DNA of 64,000 nucleotides from Escherichia coli (GTDB lineage Bacteria; Pseudomonadota; Gammaproteobacteria; Enterobacterales; Enterobacteriaceae), in the NCBI RefSeq assembly GCF_009931435.1, contig NZ_CP043414.1; one strand, written 5' to 3'. The number at the start of each line of letters is the position of its first letter. Positions within the stretch are counted from its first letter, which is position 1. Below the pieces are notes generated by a model, which saw only the letters and a list, made by a program, of their open reading frames with translations, ran no database searches and was not told the origin of the DNA. The translations under genes were made by a program, and so were the position numbers. Below, piece by piece: positions 51,244-63,612 of the stretch.

Positions 51244-53487
51244 TTAGAAACGGAAGGTTGCGGTTGCAACGACCTGACGTTCTGCGCCCCAGAAGCAGCC
51301 ATAGGTATTAAAGCAGCTGGCGACGTATTCACGATCGAACAGGTTGTTGACATGCAGCGCCACGTTGGAGCCAGCCATGCCGACCCGCGCCAGATCATAA
51401 CGCACTAACGCATCCACGACCGTATAACTTCCCACTTTAAAGGAGTTAGCCGGATCACCATAGCTGGAGCCAGTATAACGACCACCAGTACCCAGCGTCA
51501 GGCCAGAAAGCGGACCATCAAAGAAGGTGTAGTCAGCCCACAGCGAAGCCATATGTTTTGGCACCTGCGCAGGCGTATTGCCTTTATAGGTAGTGTCGGT
51601 GGTGTATTCTGCATCGGTGTAAGTATAAGAACCAACTACGTTAACACTCGCCGACAGCGCCGCTTTCGCTTCGATTTCTACGCCACGCGCGCGGATTTCA
51701 CCACCTTCAACCGAGAAGAAGGAACCCTCAGGGTCCGCCATCAGGTTGTTGGTTTTAGTGAGATTATACACAGCACCAGTAACCACAATTGGGCGATCTT
51801 CCGGTACATATTTCACGCCGACCTCATACTGCTTACCTTTAGACGGCGCAAAAATATTACCATCCTTCCCAACTTGTGAAGAAGGTTCAAACGATTCGCT
51901 ATAGCTGAAGTAAGGTGTTACACCATTATCAAACAGGTAGTTAACACCACCACGCCAGGTAAACTGTTTGTCATCACGTTTATCGGTCGTCCCTTCAACG
52001 CGGTTATGAGACTCTTGATCCGCCCAGTCATAACGACCGCCCAGGGTGACCAGCACTTTATCCCACTGCGCCTGATCCTGAACATAAACACCCGTTTGTT
52101 TCTGCTTATTCAGAATGCGGTAAGGGCCGGAGTTTGCCGGATCTTTCGCATTGAAGTCGAAATCGGTATTCACCGGATTGTACAGATCGAGCAGCGGTAC
52201 GGAGTCGTCGTAACCAAACCAGGCGTTGATGTCATTACGCATACGCATAAAGTCGACACCGGTCAGCAGAGTGTGGTCGATATCGCCAGTGGCAAACTTG
52301 CTCTGCAACTGGGTATCAACGGAGAAGTTTTGCAGCTTCTCATCATCAACGACGTATTTACGTGCCAGGTAGTGACCTTTATCGGCTGGCGCTAAAGCGG
52401 CACACTGTTTGCTGTAAGCATTCGCCGGATCGGAGCAGACGCCGTAACCATAAACGCTGTTTTGCGAGGTTTTGTTTTCAGCAAAGCGCAGGTTCTGACG
52501 CACAGTAAAGGTGTCGTTAAATTCGTGATCGAAGCTGTAGCCCACCATCTTCTCATTACGAGAATAGGTGTTGTTCTTCGCCCCTTCGTTAAAATCTGTC
52601 GGCAGACGCTTACCGTTCGGCAGCGGCTCAACGGTTCCCTCTTTCGGCAGCCAGCCGTAATAACCGGTTTCCGGCTCGTTCTGGAAGTAAGAAAGGAAGG
52701 TGAAATTGGTTTTATCATCCGGACGCCAGGTAAACGCTGGCGCAATGGCATAACGCTGCTCTTCCGCGCCCTTTTGCTGGGCATTGGCAGAGCGCGCCAG
52801 TCCGGTCAGACGATAAGAGTAAACGCCGTCATCATCCAGCGCATCGCTAAAGTCGAAACCGGTCTGGAACAGGCTGTCTGTGCCCGCTTTAAATTGGATT
52901 TCTTTCAGCGGTTCGGTGGTTGGGCGCTTGCTGACCATATTTAACAGGCCGCCAGGGCTACTTTTACCGTAAAGAACAGAAACAGGGCCACGCATAATTT
53001 CAGCGCGTTCCAGCATATACGGGTCAATAACTGCATCGTTATAGAAGTTGCCTTGCAACTTCAGACCATTCAGATAGTTATTCTGGCTTTGGCCTTCTGC
53101 TGCAAAACCACGAATAATCAAATGATCATAAGTGTTTGATGCACCACGCGTACCGACCGAAACGCCTGGCGTATAGCTAAGCGCTTCTTTTACTGACTTA
53201 GGCTGATGCAGCGCCATTTCTTCGGCAGTGACAACAGAAATTGACTGCGGCACTTTTTGAATCGGTGTATCGGTTTTGGTGCCGGTAGCGGACTGTCGCG
53301 CCGCAATAGTTGCAGCTGGCCCCCATGCGCTTTCTTGCGGCGCTGGTGCAGCGGTAACGGTGATAGTGTCTTCTTTCGGTTCAACCGCTGCCTGTGCATA
53401 AACAGACATGCCGCTAACCGCTGTGGCTACTACAACTGCGATTTTACGCAGTGAGTGTTTTGGCTGAGCAGTTTTGGAACGCGCCAT
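51244..53487 (-). CDS. fhuA: TonB-dependent ferrichrome outer-membrane receptor FhuA
   Basis: 747-aa ORF, signal peptide, TonB box (DTITV), C-terminal ...ATATFRF; recognised FhuA. Confidence 0.96.
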   Translation of the reverse strand: MARSKTAQPKHSLRKIAVVVATAVSGMSVYAQAAVEPKEDTITVTAAPAPQESAWGPAATIAARQSATGTKTDTPIQKVPQSISVVTAEEMALHQPKSVKEALSYTPGVSVGTRGASNTYDHLIIRGFAAEGQSQNNYLNGLKLQGNFYNDAVIDPYMLERAEIMRGPVSVLYGKSSPGGLLNMVSKRPTTEPLKEIQFKAGTDSLFQTGFDFSDALDDDGVYSYRLTGLARSANAQQKGAEEQRYAIAPAFTWRPDDKTNFTFLSYFQNEPETGYYGWLPKEGTVEPLPNGKRLPTDFNEGAKNNTYSRNEKMVGYSFDHEFNDTFTVRQNLRFAENKTSQNSVYGYGVCSDPANAYSKQCAALAPADKGHYLARKYVVDDEKLQNFSVDTQLQSKFATGDIDHTLLTGVDFMRMRNDINAWFGYDDSVPLLDLYNPVNTDFDFNAKDPANSGPYRILNKQKQTGVYVQDQAQWDKVLVTLGGRYDWADQESHNRVEGTTDKRDDKQFTWRGGVNYLFDNGVTPYFSYSESFEPSSQVGKDGNIFAPSKGKQYEVGVKYVPEDRPIVVTGAVYNLTKTNNLMADPEGSFFSVEGGEIRARGVEIEAKAALSASVNVVGSYTYTDAEYTTDTTYKGNTPAQVPKHMASLWADYTFFDGPLSGLTLGTGGRYTGSSYGDPANSFKVGSYTVVDALVRYDLARVGMAGSNVALHVNNLFDREYVASCFNTYGCFWGAERQVVATATFRF

Positions 53488-53509
53488 TGGTATATCTCTG
53501 ATGTAAAGT

Positions 53510-53545
53510 GAATGATAACGTAAACGAGAATGATTATTATAAAGA
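53510..53545 (-). promoter_or_regulatory. Fur box / iron-regulated promoter region of fhuA
   Basis: GAATGATAACGTAAACGAGAATGATTATTATAAAG: overlapping GATAAT/ATTATC hexamer arrays resembling Fur consensus, 20-60 nt upstream of fhuA start. Confidence 0.6.
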
Positions 53546-53665
53546 TGAGATAATATTCGAAACGCTGGCGGGTTCGCAAGCGGTACGCAATCTGAGCATT
53601 CCTGAGGGGTTAATAAACAATCAGATGAAAAGAAAGGGTTAATACTTTGGGTAGGATGTTATTTT

Positions 53666-53690
53666 ACCGGATGGCGACTCGCCATCCGGT
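53666..53690 (-). terminator. Strong inverted repeat downstream of mrcB (possible terminator; no U-tract)
   Basis: ACCGGATGGCGactCGCCATCCGGT, 11-bp perfect stem, 16 nt after mrcB stop. Confidence 0.4.
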
Positions 53691-53705
53691 ATGTCAGCTT
53701 AGACG

Positions 53706-56240
53706 TTAATTACTACCAAACATATCCTTGATCCAACCTGCTACGCCGTCACTGTCTTTCTGCTCTTGCTGAGCAGGTTGCTGTTGCGGCTGTTGCTGCG
53801 GCTGAGAAGACTGATCAAACGGATTGCCTGACGGTTGCTGCTGAATCTCACTCTGCTGGCACAGCGATTGCGGATCGCTGGTCCAGACCGGCAAGACACG
53901 CATGCCACCGCTGCAAACAAAGTTGCCGTCGTAGTCCACGCCCATATCTGCAATATCTTCTGGTGGAACAAGATTCAGCGGTGTTGGCGTCTGGTTAGCC
54001 AGATAACGCTGATAAATCGACATTGCCCCGCTGGCTCCATACAGTTTGGTCGGCTGGTTGTTATCACGGCCTACCCAGGTGATGGTCACCGTGCTGCCGT
54101 CAATGCCCGCAAACCAGGTATCTACGTTGTTGTTGGTAGTACCCGTTTTCCCTGCCAGATGCAGATTTGGATATTTCGCCCCAAGCTGACGTCCCGTACC
54201 GCGTTGTACTACCTGCTGCATGGTCCATAGTGTCAGATACGCCGCCTGAGCCGGAACAGCGCGTTCCGCCTGCGGGAAGCTCTGATACAGTACCTTGCCA
54301 TCTTCCGCGATTACCGAACGCAGCGCAGAAAGCGGTGCTCGGTTACCACCACTAGCGATGGTCTGGAACGCCTGCGCCACTTCAATTGGCGTTAAGTTCA
54401 ACGCCCCCAGCAGCATTGCCGGAACCGGATGCAGCTGATCTTTCGGTACGCCCAGTTTAATCCAGGTATCCGTAACCGCAGGCAGACCCAGCGCCATCCC
54501 CAGATTCACCGTCGGCACGTTCATCGAACGTGTCAACGCATCCACCAGCATCACTCTGCCACTTTCGCTATAACGACGGTCATCGTTCTGCGGTGACCAG
54601 ACCTGGCCATTCGGCTGACGCAGCGCGATTGGCGCATCGGCAATCCACGTGTTCAGGCGATAGATTTTCGGCTGGCTTAAGGCCGTCAGATAAGTCGCTG
54701 GTTTTGCAAGAGAACCAATCGAACGACGCGCCTGCATCGCACGGTTGTAACCCGCAAACTGCGGCTCAGAACCACCGACCATCGCACGAACTTCACCACT
54801 AAAGCGGTCGACGACCACAATCGCGGTTTCAAGATCGCTCAACTTACGCTGTTTCTTCAGTGCCGGAATGCCTTCCACGGCGGCTTTTTCTGCCGCGTCC
54901 TGGGCCACCGAGTCAAAGGTTGTGAAGATCTTCACGCCGGAGAGATCTTTTACCTTATCGCCCAGTTTTGCCTGCAACTCCTGACGCACCAGCTGCATAA
55001 AGGCTGGCTGTGGAGAGATTACCCCACCGCGCGGCTGAACGCCCAGCGGACGTGCACTCAACATGTCATAGAGCTCTTGATCAATAATCTGCTGTTGTTG
55101 CAGCAGACGCAGTACCAGATTACGTCGCTCCAGCGCCAGTTTCGGGTTACGCCACGGGTTATAGATCGACGCCCCTTTCACCATACCAACCAACAGCGCC
55201 TGCTGGTCGAGACTCAGCTCTTCTACCGGGCGACCAAAGTAGTACAGGCTCGCCAGCGGGAAACCGCGGATTTCGTTGTCGCCGCTCTGACCGAGATACA
55301 CCTCGTTCATATACAGCTCAAGAATGCGGTCTTTGCTGTAACGCGCATCCATAATCAGCGCCATGTAGGCTTCGTTAGCTTTACGCCAGTAAGAACGTTC
55401 GCTGGAGAGGAACAGGTTTTTCACCAACTGTTGCGTCAGCGTACTCGCTCCCTGCACCGTGCGTCCGGCGGTCAGGTTTGCCAGCACCGCTCGTCCGATG
55501 GAGTAGAGACTGATCCCATCATGCTCGTAGAAATGACGGTCTTCAGTCGCCAACAACGTATCCACCAGCAAATCCGGGAACCCACTGCGCGGCACAAACA
55601 GACGCTGCTCGCCGTTTGGTGAGGAGATCATGGTGATCAGGCGCGGATCAAGACGGAAGAAACCGAACTGACGGTTGTTCTCCATATTGACGATGGTCGC
55701 CAGATGATCGCCATCAAAGGTCAGACGTGCACGCACCTGCCCTTCTTTACTGTCCGGGAAATCAAACGGACGGCGGATCATTTCAATGCTGTTGGCCTGC
55801 ACGGTAAATTCGCCAGGACGGGTCATTTTCGACACCTGACGATACTGGGTCGCCTCCAGCAGTTTCACCATCTCGTTTTTGCTGATGGTCATGTCTGGCT
55901 CAAGGTTGACCATTCGGCCATAAACAGCCGCAGGCAATTGCCAGACTTTGCCATCAATACGGCTACGAATTTTTTGATCGAGATAAACGCCGTAAATGGC
56001 GATCAGCACGGCAAAAACGATAGCAAGTTTTAGCAGTAGCCATAGCCAGCCGCGTTTGCCACGAGGCTTACGCCCTTTGCCTTTGCCCTTACCTTTGCGC
56101 GGCATCGGTTCTTCATCCTCATAGTCATCATAATCGTCGTAATCATCGTCATCTTCATAACGACGACGGCTTACCTTTTGTTTGACCGGACGCGTCGGTT
56201 TCCCTTTGCGTCCAATTGGCTCGCGGTCATTCCCGGCCAT
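53706..56240 (-). CDS. mrcB: Penicillin-binding protein 1B (bifunctional transglycosylase/transpeptidase)
   Basis: 844 aa from [17 protein letters not shown]...; acidic/basic cytoplasmic tail, single TM, GT51 and transpeptidase domains. Confidence 0.95.
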   Translation of the reverse strand: MAGNDREPIGRKGKPTRPVKQKVSRRRYEDDDDYDDYDDYEDEEPMPRKGKGKGKGRKPRGKRGWLWLLLKLAIVFAVLIAIYGVYLDQKIRSRIDGKVWQLPAAVYGRMVNLEPDMTISKNEMVKLLEATQYRQVSKMTRPGEFTVQANSIEMIRRPFDFPDSKEGQVRARLTFDGDHLATIVNMENNRQFGFFRLDPRLITMISSPNGEQRLFVPRSGFPDLLVDTLLATEDRHFYEHDGISLYSIGRAVLANLTAGRTVQGASTLTQQLVKNLFLSSERSYWRKANEAYMALIMDARYSKDRILELYMNEVYLGQSGDNEIRGFPLASLYYFGRPVEELSLDQQALLVGMVKGASIYNPWRNPKLALERRNLVLRLLQQQQIIDQELYDMLSARPLGVQPRGGVISPQPAFMQLVRQELQAKLGDKVKDLSGVKIFTTFDSVAQDAAEKAAVEGIPALKKQRKLSDLETAIVVVDRFSGEVRAMVGGSEPQFAGYNRAMQARRSIGSLAKPATYLTALSQPKIYRLNTWIADAPIALRQPNGQVWSPQNDDRRYSESGRVMLVDALTRSMNVPTVNLGMALGLPAVTDTWIKLGVPKDQLHPVPAMLLGALNLTPIEVAQAFQTIASGGNRAPLSALRSVIAEDGKVLYQSFPQAERAVPAQAAYLTLWTMQQVVQRGTGRQLGAKYPNLHLAGKTGTTNNNVDTWFAGIDGSTVTITWVGRDNNQPTKLYGASGAMSIYQRYLANQTPTPLNLVPPEDIADMGVDYDGNFVCSGGMRVLPVWTSDPQSLCQQSEIQQQPSGNPFDQSSQPQQQPQQQPAQQEQKDSDGVAGWIKDMFGSN

Positions 56241-56333
56241 GCTTTTTCTCCGCAATATTCAGGCGCAAAAGCCCGATTTTCTGTTCTTCTGTAACAAGAC
56301 AGAAGAAGATATCTCTCAAATTTACTTTGGTCT

Positions 56334-58763
56334 TCATGAATACTTTTTCGTCCGTCGCGTCGGTGCGGTATTTGCCGGATCATCCGGCCAGACGTGTTTG
56401 GGATAACGCCCTTTCATCTCTTTTTGCACCTCGCGATACGCACCTTTCCAGAAGGCGCTCAAATCTCGTGTGATTTGCAGCGGCCTTTGGGCAGGAGAAA
56501 GCAACTCCAGCACCAGCGGCACACGCCCCTGGGCGATCGTCGGATTGGTGGCCTCGCCAAACATCTCCTGCATTCTCACCGCCAGCGCGGGCGGGTTATC
56601 TTCATGGTAACGAATGGCGATCCGGCTCCCCGTCGGCACAGTGTAATGCGCAGGCAATTCACTATCCAGACGTTGCTGCATCCCCCAATCAAGTAATCCG
56701 CGTAGCGCCTGATAAATATCGAGTGATTTCAGGCCGCGTAGCGAATGTACGCCTGCCATATGCGGCAGTAGCCACGTTTCCAGCGTCGCCAACAAACTTG
56801 CATCATCAACCGCTGGCCAGTCATATTCCGGCAACCACTTTGCGGCGCATAACAAACGCAAGCGTAGCTGTTCCGCTTCCGCCGTCCAGTTGAGCACGCT
56901 TAAACCTTTATCACGAATGCCGTTAAGCATTGCCTGATGCAACTCGTCTTCCGAGGGTTTCGCCAGCGGCTGCACTTTCACCGTCAACTGACCGATTTGC
57001 AGCCGACGCCACGCTTTCAGCGTACCTTGCGCATCATCCCACTCCACAGTGTCAGACTGCTGTACCAACTGCGGACAGCGTTGTACTAATTCATCGATAT
57101 CGACCGGTAGCGCCAGTAAAATCCGCGCATCCGGCGAGGCGCTGCCCTGCAATAATAACGGTGCGATCAACCATTCGTGGCGGCTTAGCGCATCGTCGGC
57201 ATCGAGCATTGCCCCCATGCCGTTTGCCAGTTGATAGCGTCCATCTTGCCCACGGCGACGAGCAATGCGATCGGCATACGCCCCGGCAAGTAGCGGCGCG
57301 ATAAGAGAACTGTCTGCCTCACCGCCGCGTACGTTTAAACGTTTTAACAGTTGCTGGCTACGTTGCTGCCAGGCAGGTTGATTGCGCGAAAACGCCACAT
57401 CCAGATCGATATTGCCCATCCGTGGTGGCTCTTCGAGAATAGCGGCAATTTTTGCAGCGGTAGCAGCTTCGTCGTCGCTCCTTGCGCTCACCAGCATTGC
57501 CGCTAAACGCGGATCGTTACCCAGCGTCGCCATTTTCTGCCCTTTCGTGCTTAGCCGTTCACCGTCCATCGCCCCCAGCATCCGTAACAGGCGTTTCGCG
57601 GCCTGTAAATTCACGGCTGGCGGTTGATCCAGCCAGCTCATCTGCGTCGGATCGCTGCATCCCCATTGCAGTAATTCCATCAGCAAACCGGAGAGATCGC
57701 TTTGTAAGATTTCCGGTTCACTTTGCGCGGAGGCGCGTTCTGCTTGTTCTTTGGCGATTAAATGTAAACAGATCCCCGGCTCCAGACGTCCGGCACGCCC
57801 GGCGCGTTGCGTCATTGATGCCTGGCTAATGCGTTGGGTAATCAGCCGCGTTAGCCCCGTGCGCGGATCAAAGCGCGCCACACGTTCCTGAGCACAATCC
57901 ACCACCAGACGAATACCTTCGATGGTTAAACTGGTTTCAGCAATATTGGTTGCCAGCACCACTTTGCGCATCCCTTCTGGTGCCGGAAGGATCGCTTTTC
58001 GCTGATCGTTCAGCGACAACGCGCCATACAGCGGGCAGAGCAACACATCACTACCGATGCGCGAAGCTAGTTGTTCCTGAACGCGCTGAATTTCTCCGAC
58101 ACCAGGTAAAAATAACAGTAATGAGCCGCTTTCCTGATGCAGCAATTCGGCGGTGGCAACCGCCACGGCTTCATCAAAACGCTGATGAGCGAGCAGCGGT
58201 AAATATCGGCGTTCAACCGGAAATGAGCGCCCTTCTGAGATGACGACGGGCGCTTCTGGCAGCATCTGCTGCAAGCGGTCATTGTCCAGCGTAGCCGACA
58301 TAATCAGTAGTTTAAGGTCATCACGCAGACCTTGTTGCACATCGAGTAACAGCGCCAACGCCAGATCCGCCTGCAAGCTGCGCTCATGAAACTCATCGAG
58401 GATCACCAATCCAACGCCGCTCAGTTCAGGGTCACGCTGGATCATGCGCGTCAACACGCCTTCGGTAACTACTTCCAGGCGAGTATTTGGCCCGACACAG
58501 TTTTGCGCGCGCATCCGGTAGCCTACCGTATCACCTGTTTTTTCGTTAAGCAGTTCCGCCAGTCGTTGCGCAACGTTACGCGCCGCCAGGCGACGCGGCT
58601 CCAGCAGGATAATTTTTCCGTTAATGCCGGGATGCGCCAGCAGTTGCAGCGGCAGCCAGGTTGATTTCCCGGCCCCGGTCGGCGCACTTAATAACACCTG
58701 CGGTGCACCATCGAGGGCAGCAAGTAACTCAGGTAAGACGGCGGCAACGGGCAACGACGACAC
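56334..58763 (-). CDS. hrpB: ATP-dependent RNA helicase HrpB (DEAH family)
   Basis: 809 codons from GTG at 58763; Walker A GAGKST and DEFH motif; ORF track 824-aa form starts 15 codons upstream. Confidence 0.9.
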   Translation of the reverse strand: MSSLPVAAVLPELLAALDGAPQVLLSAPTGAGKSTWLPLQLLAHPGINGKIILLEPRRLAARNVAQRLAELLNEKTGDTVGYRMRAQNCVGPNTRLEVVTEGVLTRMIQRDPELSGVGLVILDEFHERSLQADLALALLLDVQQGLRDDLKLLIMSATLDNDRLQQMLPEAPVVISEGRSFPVERRYLPLLAHQRFDEAVAVATAELLHQESGSLLLFLPGVGEIQRVQEQLASRIGSDVLLCPLYGALSLNDQRKAILPAPEGMRKVVLATNIAETSLTIEGIRLVVDCAQERVARFDPRTGLTRLITQRISQASMTQRAGRAGRLEPGICLHLIAKEQAERASAQSEPEILQSDLSGLLMELLQWGCSDPTQMSWLDQPPAVNLQAAKRLLRMLGAMDGERLSTKGQKMATLGNDPRLAAMLVSARSDDEAATAAKIAAILEEPPRMGNIDLDVAFSRNQPAWQQRSQQLLKRLNVRGGEADSSLIAPLLAGAYADRIARRRGQDGRYQLANGMGAMLDADDALSRHEWLIAPLLLQGSASPDARILLALPVDIDELVQRCPQLVQQSDTVEWDDAQGTLKAWRRLQIGQLTVKVQPLAKPSEDELHQAMLNGIRDKGLSVLNWTAEAEQLRLRLLCAAKWLPEYDWPAVDDASLLATLETWLLPHMAGVHSLRGLKSLDIYQALRGLLDWGMQQRLDSELPAHYTVPTGSRIAIRYHEDNPPALAVRMQEMFGEATNPTIAQGRVPLVLELLSPAQRPLQITRDLSAFWKGAYREVQKEMKGRYPKHVWPDDPANTAPTRRTKKYS

Positions 58764-58836
58764 AAAACGCTCCAGAGGGTTAACATTCTTCGCGCCACAT
58801 TGTAGCATCGCGGTAATGCATAACCGAGTACCTCAC

Positions 58837-60086
<1,250 letters not shown>

Positions 60087-60263
60087 TAGAGTAAGTAACT
60101 GGTTAATTTACATTCTGGTCGCGTGCGCAAATACGCTTTTCCTCACACAGTTGTCAAGTGTTACGTTTAGATAATTGCTATCCGGAAAAGCTTCTGCTAT
60201 TTATAGCGGCCTCATTTTTCCCCCGAACATGGGGATCGATAGTGCGTGTTAAGGAGAAGCAAC

Positions 60264-60719
60264 ATGCAAGAAGGGCAAAACCGTAAAACATCGTCCCTGA
60301 GTATTCTCGCCATCGCTGGGGTGGAGCCATATCAGGAGAAGCCGGGCGAAGAGTATATGAACGAAGCCCAGCTGGCGCACTTCCGTCGTATTCTGGAAGC
60401 ATGGCGTAATCAACTCAGGGATGAAGTCGATCGCACCGTTACACATATGCAGGATGAAGCAGCCAACTTCCCGGATCCGGTAGACCGTGCAGCCCAGGAA
60501 GAAGAGTTCAGCCTCGAACTGCGTAACCGCGATCGCGAGCGTAAGCTGATCAAAAAGATCGAGAAAACGCTGAAAAAAGTGGAAGACGAAGATTTCGGCT
60601 ACTGCGAGTCCTGCGGTGTTGAAATTGGTATTCGTCGTCTGGAAGCGCGCCCGACAGCCGATCTGTGCATTGACTGCAAAACGCTGGCTGAAATTCGCGA
60701 AAAACAAATGGCTGGCTAA
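60264..60719 (+). CDS. dksA: RNA polymerase-binding transcription factor DksA
   Basis: 151 aa from [15 protein letters not shown]..., C4 zinc finger [25 protein letters not shown]; ORF track adds 6 codons upstream. Confidence 0.96.
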   Translation: MQEGQNRKTSSLSILAIAGVEPYQEKPGEEYMNEAQLAHFRRILEAWRNQLRDEVDRTVTHMQDEAANFPDPVDRAAQEEEFSLELRNRDRERKLIKKIEKTLKKVEDEDFGYCESCGVEIGIRRLEARPTADLCIDCKTLAEIREKQMAG

Positions 60720-60747
60720 TTACAGCCGTTCCATCACGTTTACCACA

Positions 60748-60776
60748 GGCGGGAAATGCTCCCGCCTTATTTTTTG
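60748..60776 (+). terminator. Intrinsic terminator downstream of dksA, overlapping annotated gluQ start
   Basis: GGCGGGAaatgcTCCCGCC followed by TTATTTTTTG; gluQ first ATG (60756) sits in the loop. Confidence 0.65.
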
Positions 60777-61682
60777 TTCAACGAGATGACAGACACACAC
60801 TATATTGGCCGCTTTGCCCCCTCTCCTTCCGGCGAGCTTCATTTTGGCTCTCTGATTGCCGCGCTTGGAAGCTTTCTACAGGCTCGCGCCCGGCAAGGTC
60901 GCTGGCTTGTTCGCATTGAAGATATCGATCCGCCTCGTGAAGTTCCCGGTGCCGCAGAGACCATCCTGCGCCAGCTGGAACATTACGGTTTACACTGGGA
61001 CGGCGATGTTCTCTGGCAATCGCAACGTCACAACGCCTATCGCGAAGCACTCGCATGGTTACATGAGCAAGGGTTAAGTTATTACTGCACCTGCACGCGC
61101 GCACGTATTCAAAGCATTGGCGGTATTTACGACGGTCATTGCCGGGAGTTGCATCATGGGCCAGAAAACGCTGCTGTACGTATTCGCCAGCAGCATCCGG
61201 TCACCCAGTTTACTGACCAGCTGCGCGGCATTATTCATGCCGACCAAAAACTGGCGCGGGAAGATTTTATTATTCATCGTCGTGATGGTCTATTTGCCTA
61301 TAACCTGGCGGTGGTCGTTGACGATCACTACCAGGGCGTGACAGAAATTGTTCGTGGCGCGGATTTGATCGAACCCACGGTGCGCCAAATCTCGCTGTAC
61401 CAGCTTTTTGGCTGGCAGGTGCCAGATTACATTCATTTGCCACTGGCACTTAATCCACAAGGCGCTAAACTTTCCAAGCAGAATCATGCGCCTGCGTTGC
61501 CAAAAGGCGATCCTCGGCCGGTGTTAATCGCGGCACTTCAATTTCTGGGCCAGCAGGCAGAAACACACTGGCAGGATTTCAGCGTCGCGCAAATTCTCCA
61601 GTCAGCCGTCAAAAACTGGCGGCTCACCGCAGTGCCTGAGTCGGCAATTGTAAATTCAACATTCTCAAATGCGTCATGCTGA
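60756..61682 (+). CDS. gluQ: Glutamyl-Q tRNA(Asp) synthetase GluQ (YadB)
   Basis: 308-aa ORF with class I aaRS-like motifs; first ATG lies in loop of dksA terminator hairpin, alternative ATG at 60786 would give 298 aa. Confidence 0.88.
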   Translation: MLPPYFLFNEMTDTHYIGRFAPSPSGELHFGSLIAALGSFLQARARQGRWLVRIEDIDPPREVPGAAETILRQLEHYGLHWDGDVLWQSQRHNAYREALAWLHEQGLSYYCTCTRARIQSIGGIYDGHCRELHHGPENAAVRIRQQHPVTQFTDQLRGIIHADQKLAREDFIIHRRDGLFAYNLAVVVDDHYQGVTEIVRGADLIEPTVRQISLYQLFGWQVPDYIHLPLALNPQGAKLSKQNHAPALPKGDPRPVLIAALQFLGQQAETHWQDFSVAQILQSAVKNWRLTAVPESAIVNSTFSNASC

Positions 61683-61741
61683 GCTATGATTAGCCGCTAT
61701 TTTTTTGTCCTGAATGATGTTTGACACTACCGAGGTGTACT

Positions 61742-63139
61742 ATTTTTACCCGAGTCGCTAATTTTTGCCGCAAGGTGCTAAGCCGCGAGGAAAGCGAGGC
61801 TGAACAGGCAGTCGCCCGTCCACAGGTGACGGTGATCCCGCGTGAGCAGCATGCTATTTCCCGCAAAGATATCAGTGAAAATGCCCTGAAGGTAATGTAC
61901 AGGCTCAATAAAGCGGGATACGAAGCCTGGCTGGTTGGCGGCGGCGTGCGCGACCTGTTACTTGGCAAAAAGCCGAAAGATTTTGACGTGACTACTAACG
62001 CCACGCCAGAGCAAGTGCGCAAACTGTTCCGTAACTGCCGCCTGGTGGGTCGCCGTTTCCGTCTGGCTCATGTGATGTTTGGCCCGGAGATTATCGAAGT
62101 TGCGACCTTCCGGGGACATCACGAAGGTAACGTCAGCGACCGTACGACCTCCCAACGCGGGCAAAACGGCATGTTGCTGCGCGACAACATTTTCGGTTCC
62201 ATCGAAGAAGACGCCCAGCGCCGCGATTTCACTATTAATAGTCTGTATTACAGCGTGGCAGATTTTACCGTCCGTGATTACGTTGGCGGCATGAAGGATC
62301 TGAAGGACGGCGTTATCCGTCTGATTGGTAACCCGGAAACGCGCTACCGTGAAGATCCGGTACGTATGCTGCGCGCGGTTCGTTTTGCCGCCAAATTGGG
62401 CATGCGCATCAGCCCGGAAACCGCAGAACCGATCCCACGCCTGGCTACCCTGCTGAACGATATTCCTCCTGCACGCCTGTTTGAAGAATCGCTTAAACTG
62501 CTACAAGCGGGCTACGGTTACGAAACCTATAAACTGTTGTGTGAATACCATCTGTTCCAGCCGCTGTTCCCGACCATTACCCGCTACTTTACGGAAAATG
62601 GTGACAGTCCAATGGAGCGGATCATTGAGCAGGTGCTGAAGAATACTGACACGCGTATTCATAACGATATGCGCGTCAACCCGGCGTTCCTGTTTGCCGC
62701 CATGTTCTGGTATCCCCTGCTGGAAACAGCACAGAAAATCGCGCAAGAGAGCGGCCTGACTTATCACGACGCTTTCGCGCTGGCAATGAACGATGTGTTA
62801 GACGAAGCCTGCCGTTCACTGGCGATCCCGAAACGGCTAACCACTTTAACGCGTGATATCTGGCAGTTACAGTTGCGCATGTCCCGCCGTCAGGGTAAAC
62901 GCGCATGGAAATTACTCGAACATCCGAAGTTCCGTGCCGCTTATGACCTGCTGGCACTGCGTGCTGAAGTAGAACGCAACGCCGAGCTACAACGTCTGGC
63001 GAAATGGTGGGGTGAGTTCCAGGTTTCCGCGCCGCCGGACCAAAAAGGGATGCTTAACGAACTGGATGAAGAACCGTCACCGCGTCGTCGTACTCGTCGC
63101 CCGCGCAGACGTGCGCCGCGCCGTGAGGGCACCGCATGA
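61742..63139 (+). CDS. pcnB: Poly(A) polymerase I
   Basis: 465 codons from ATT at 61742 ([12 protein letters not shown]...) with GAGG 6 nt upstream; first in-frame ATG is ~55 codons downstream; nucleotidyltransferase GGxVRD motif ([13 protein letters not shown]). Confidence 0.9.
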   Translation: MFTRVANFCRKVLSREESEAEQAVARPQVTVIPREQHAISRKDISENALKVMYRLNKAGYEAWLVGGGVRDLLLGKKPKDFDVTTNATPEQVRKLFRNCRLVGRRFRLAHVMFGPEIIEVATFRGHHEGNVSDRTTSQRGQNGMLLRDNIFGSIEEDAQRRDFTINSLYYSVADFTVRDYVGGMKDLKDGVIRLIGNPETRYREDPVRMLRAVRFAAKLGMRISPETAEPIPRLATLLNDIPPARLFEESLKLLQAGYGYETYKLLCEYHLFQPLFPTITRYFTENGDSPMERIIEQVLKNTDTRIHNDMRVNPAFLFAAMFWYPLLETAQKIAQESGLTYHDAFALAMNDVLDEACRSLAIPKRLTTLTRDIWQLQLRMSRRQGKRAWKLLEHPKFRAAYDLLALRAEVERNAELQRLAKWWGEFQVSAPPDQKGMLNELDEEPSPRRRTRRPRRRAPRREGTA

Positions 63140-63612
63140 CAGTGGCGTATATTGCTATCGGCAGCAATCTGGCCTCTCCGCTGGAGCAGGTCAATGCTGC
63201 CCTGAAGGCAATAGATGACATTCCTGAAAGCCGCATTCTTGCCGTTTCTTCGTTTTACCGCACCCCACCACTGGGGCCGCAAGATCAACCCGATTACTTA
63301 AACGCAGCCGTGGCGCTGGAAACCTCTCTTACAGCTGAAGAACTCCTCAACCACACACAGCGTATTGAGTTGCAGCAAGGTCGCGTCCGCAAAGCTGAAC
63401 GCTGGGGACCGCGCACGCTCGATCTTGATATCATGTTGTTTGGTAATCAGGTCATAAACACTGAGCGCCTGACCGTTCCGCACTATGATATGAAGAATCG
63501 TGGATTTATGTTGTGGCCGCTGTTTGAGATCGCGCCGGAACTGGTGTTTCCTGATGGTGAAACGCTGCAAGCAAGACTCACTACTTTCCCTCCCTGCCCA
63601 CAGCACTGGTAA
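63136..63612 (+). CDS. folK: 6-hydroxymethyl-7,8-dihydropterin pyrophosphokinase (HPPK)
   Basis: 158-aa [23 protein letters not shown]..., start overlaps pcnB stop by 4 nt; C-terminal ~17 aa differ from K-12 FolK as I recall it. Confidence 0.9.
   Translation: MTVAYIAIGSNLASPLEQVNAALKAIDDIPESRILAVSSFYRTPPLGPQDQPDYLNAAVALETSLTAEELLNHTQRIELQQGRVRKAERWGPRTLDLDIMLFGNQVINTERLTVPHYDMKNRGFMLWPLFEIAPELVFPDGETLQARLTTFPPCPQHW

Noticed and set aside
60756-60785. Treating the 10-codon gluQ N-terminal extension as certainly translated
   Set aside because: The first ATG lies in the loop of the dksA terminator hairpin; I kept the 308-aa call but the 298-aa form from 60786 is equally plausible.
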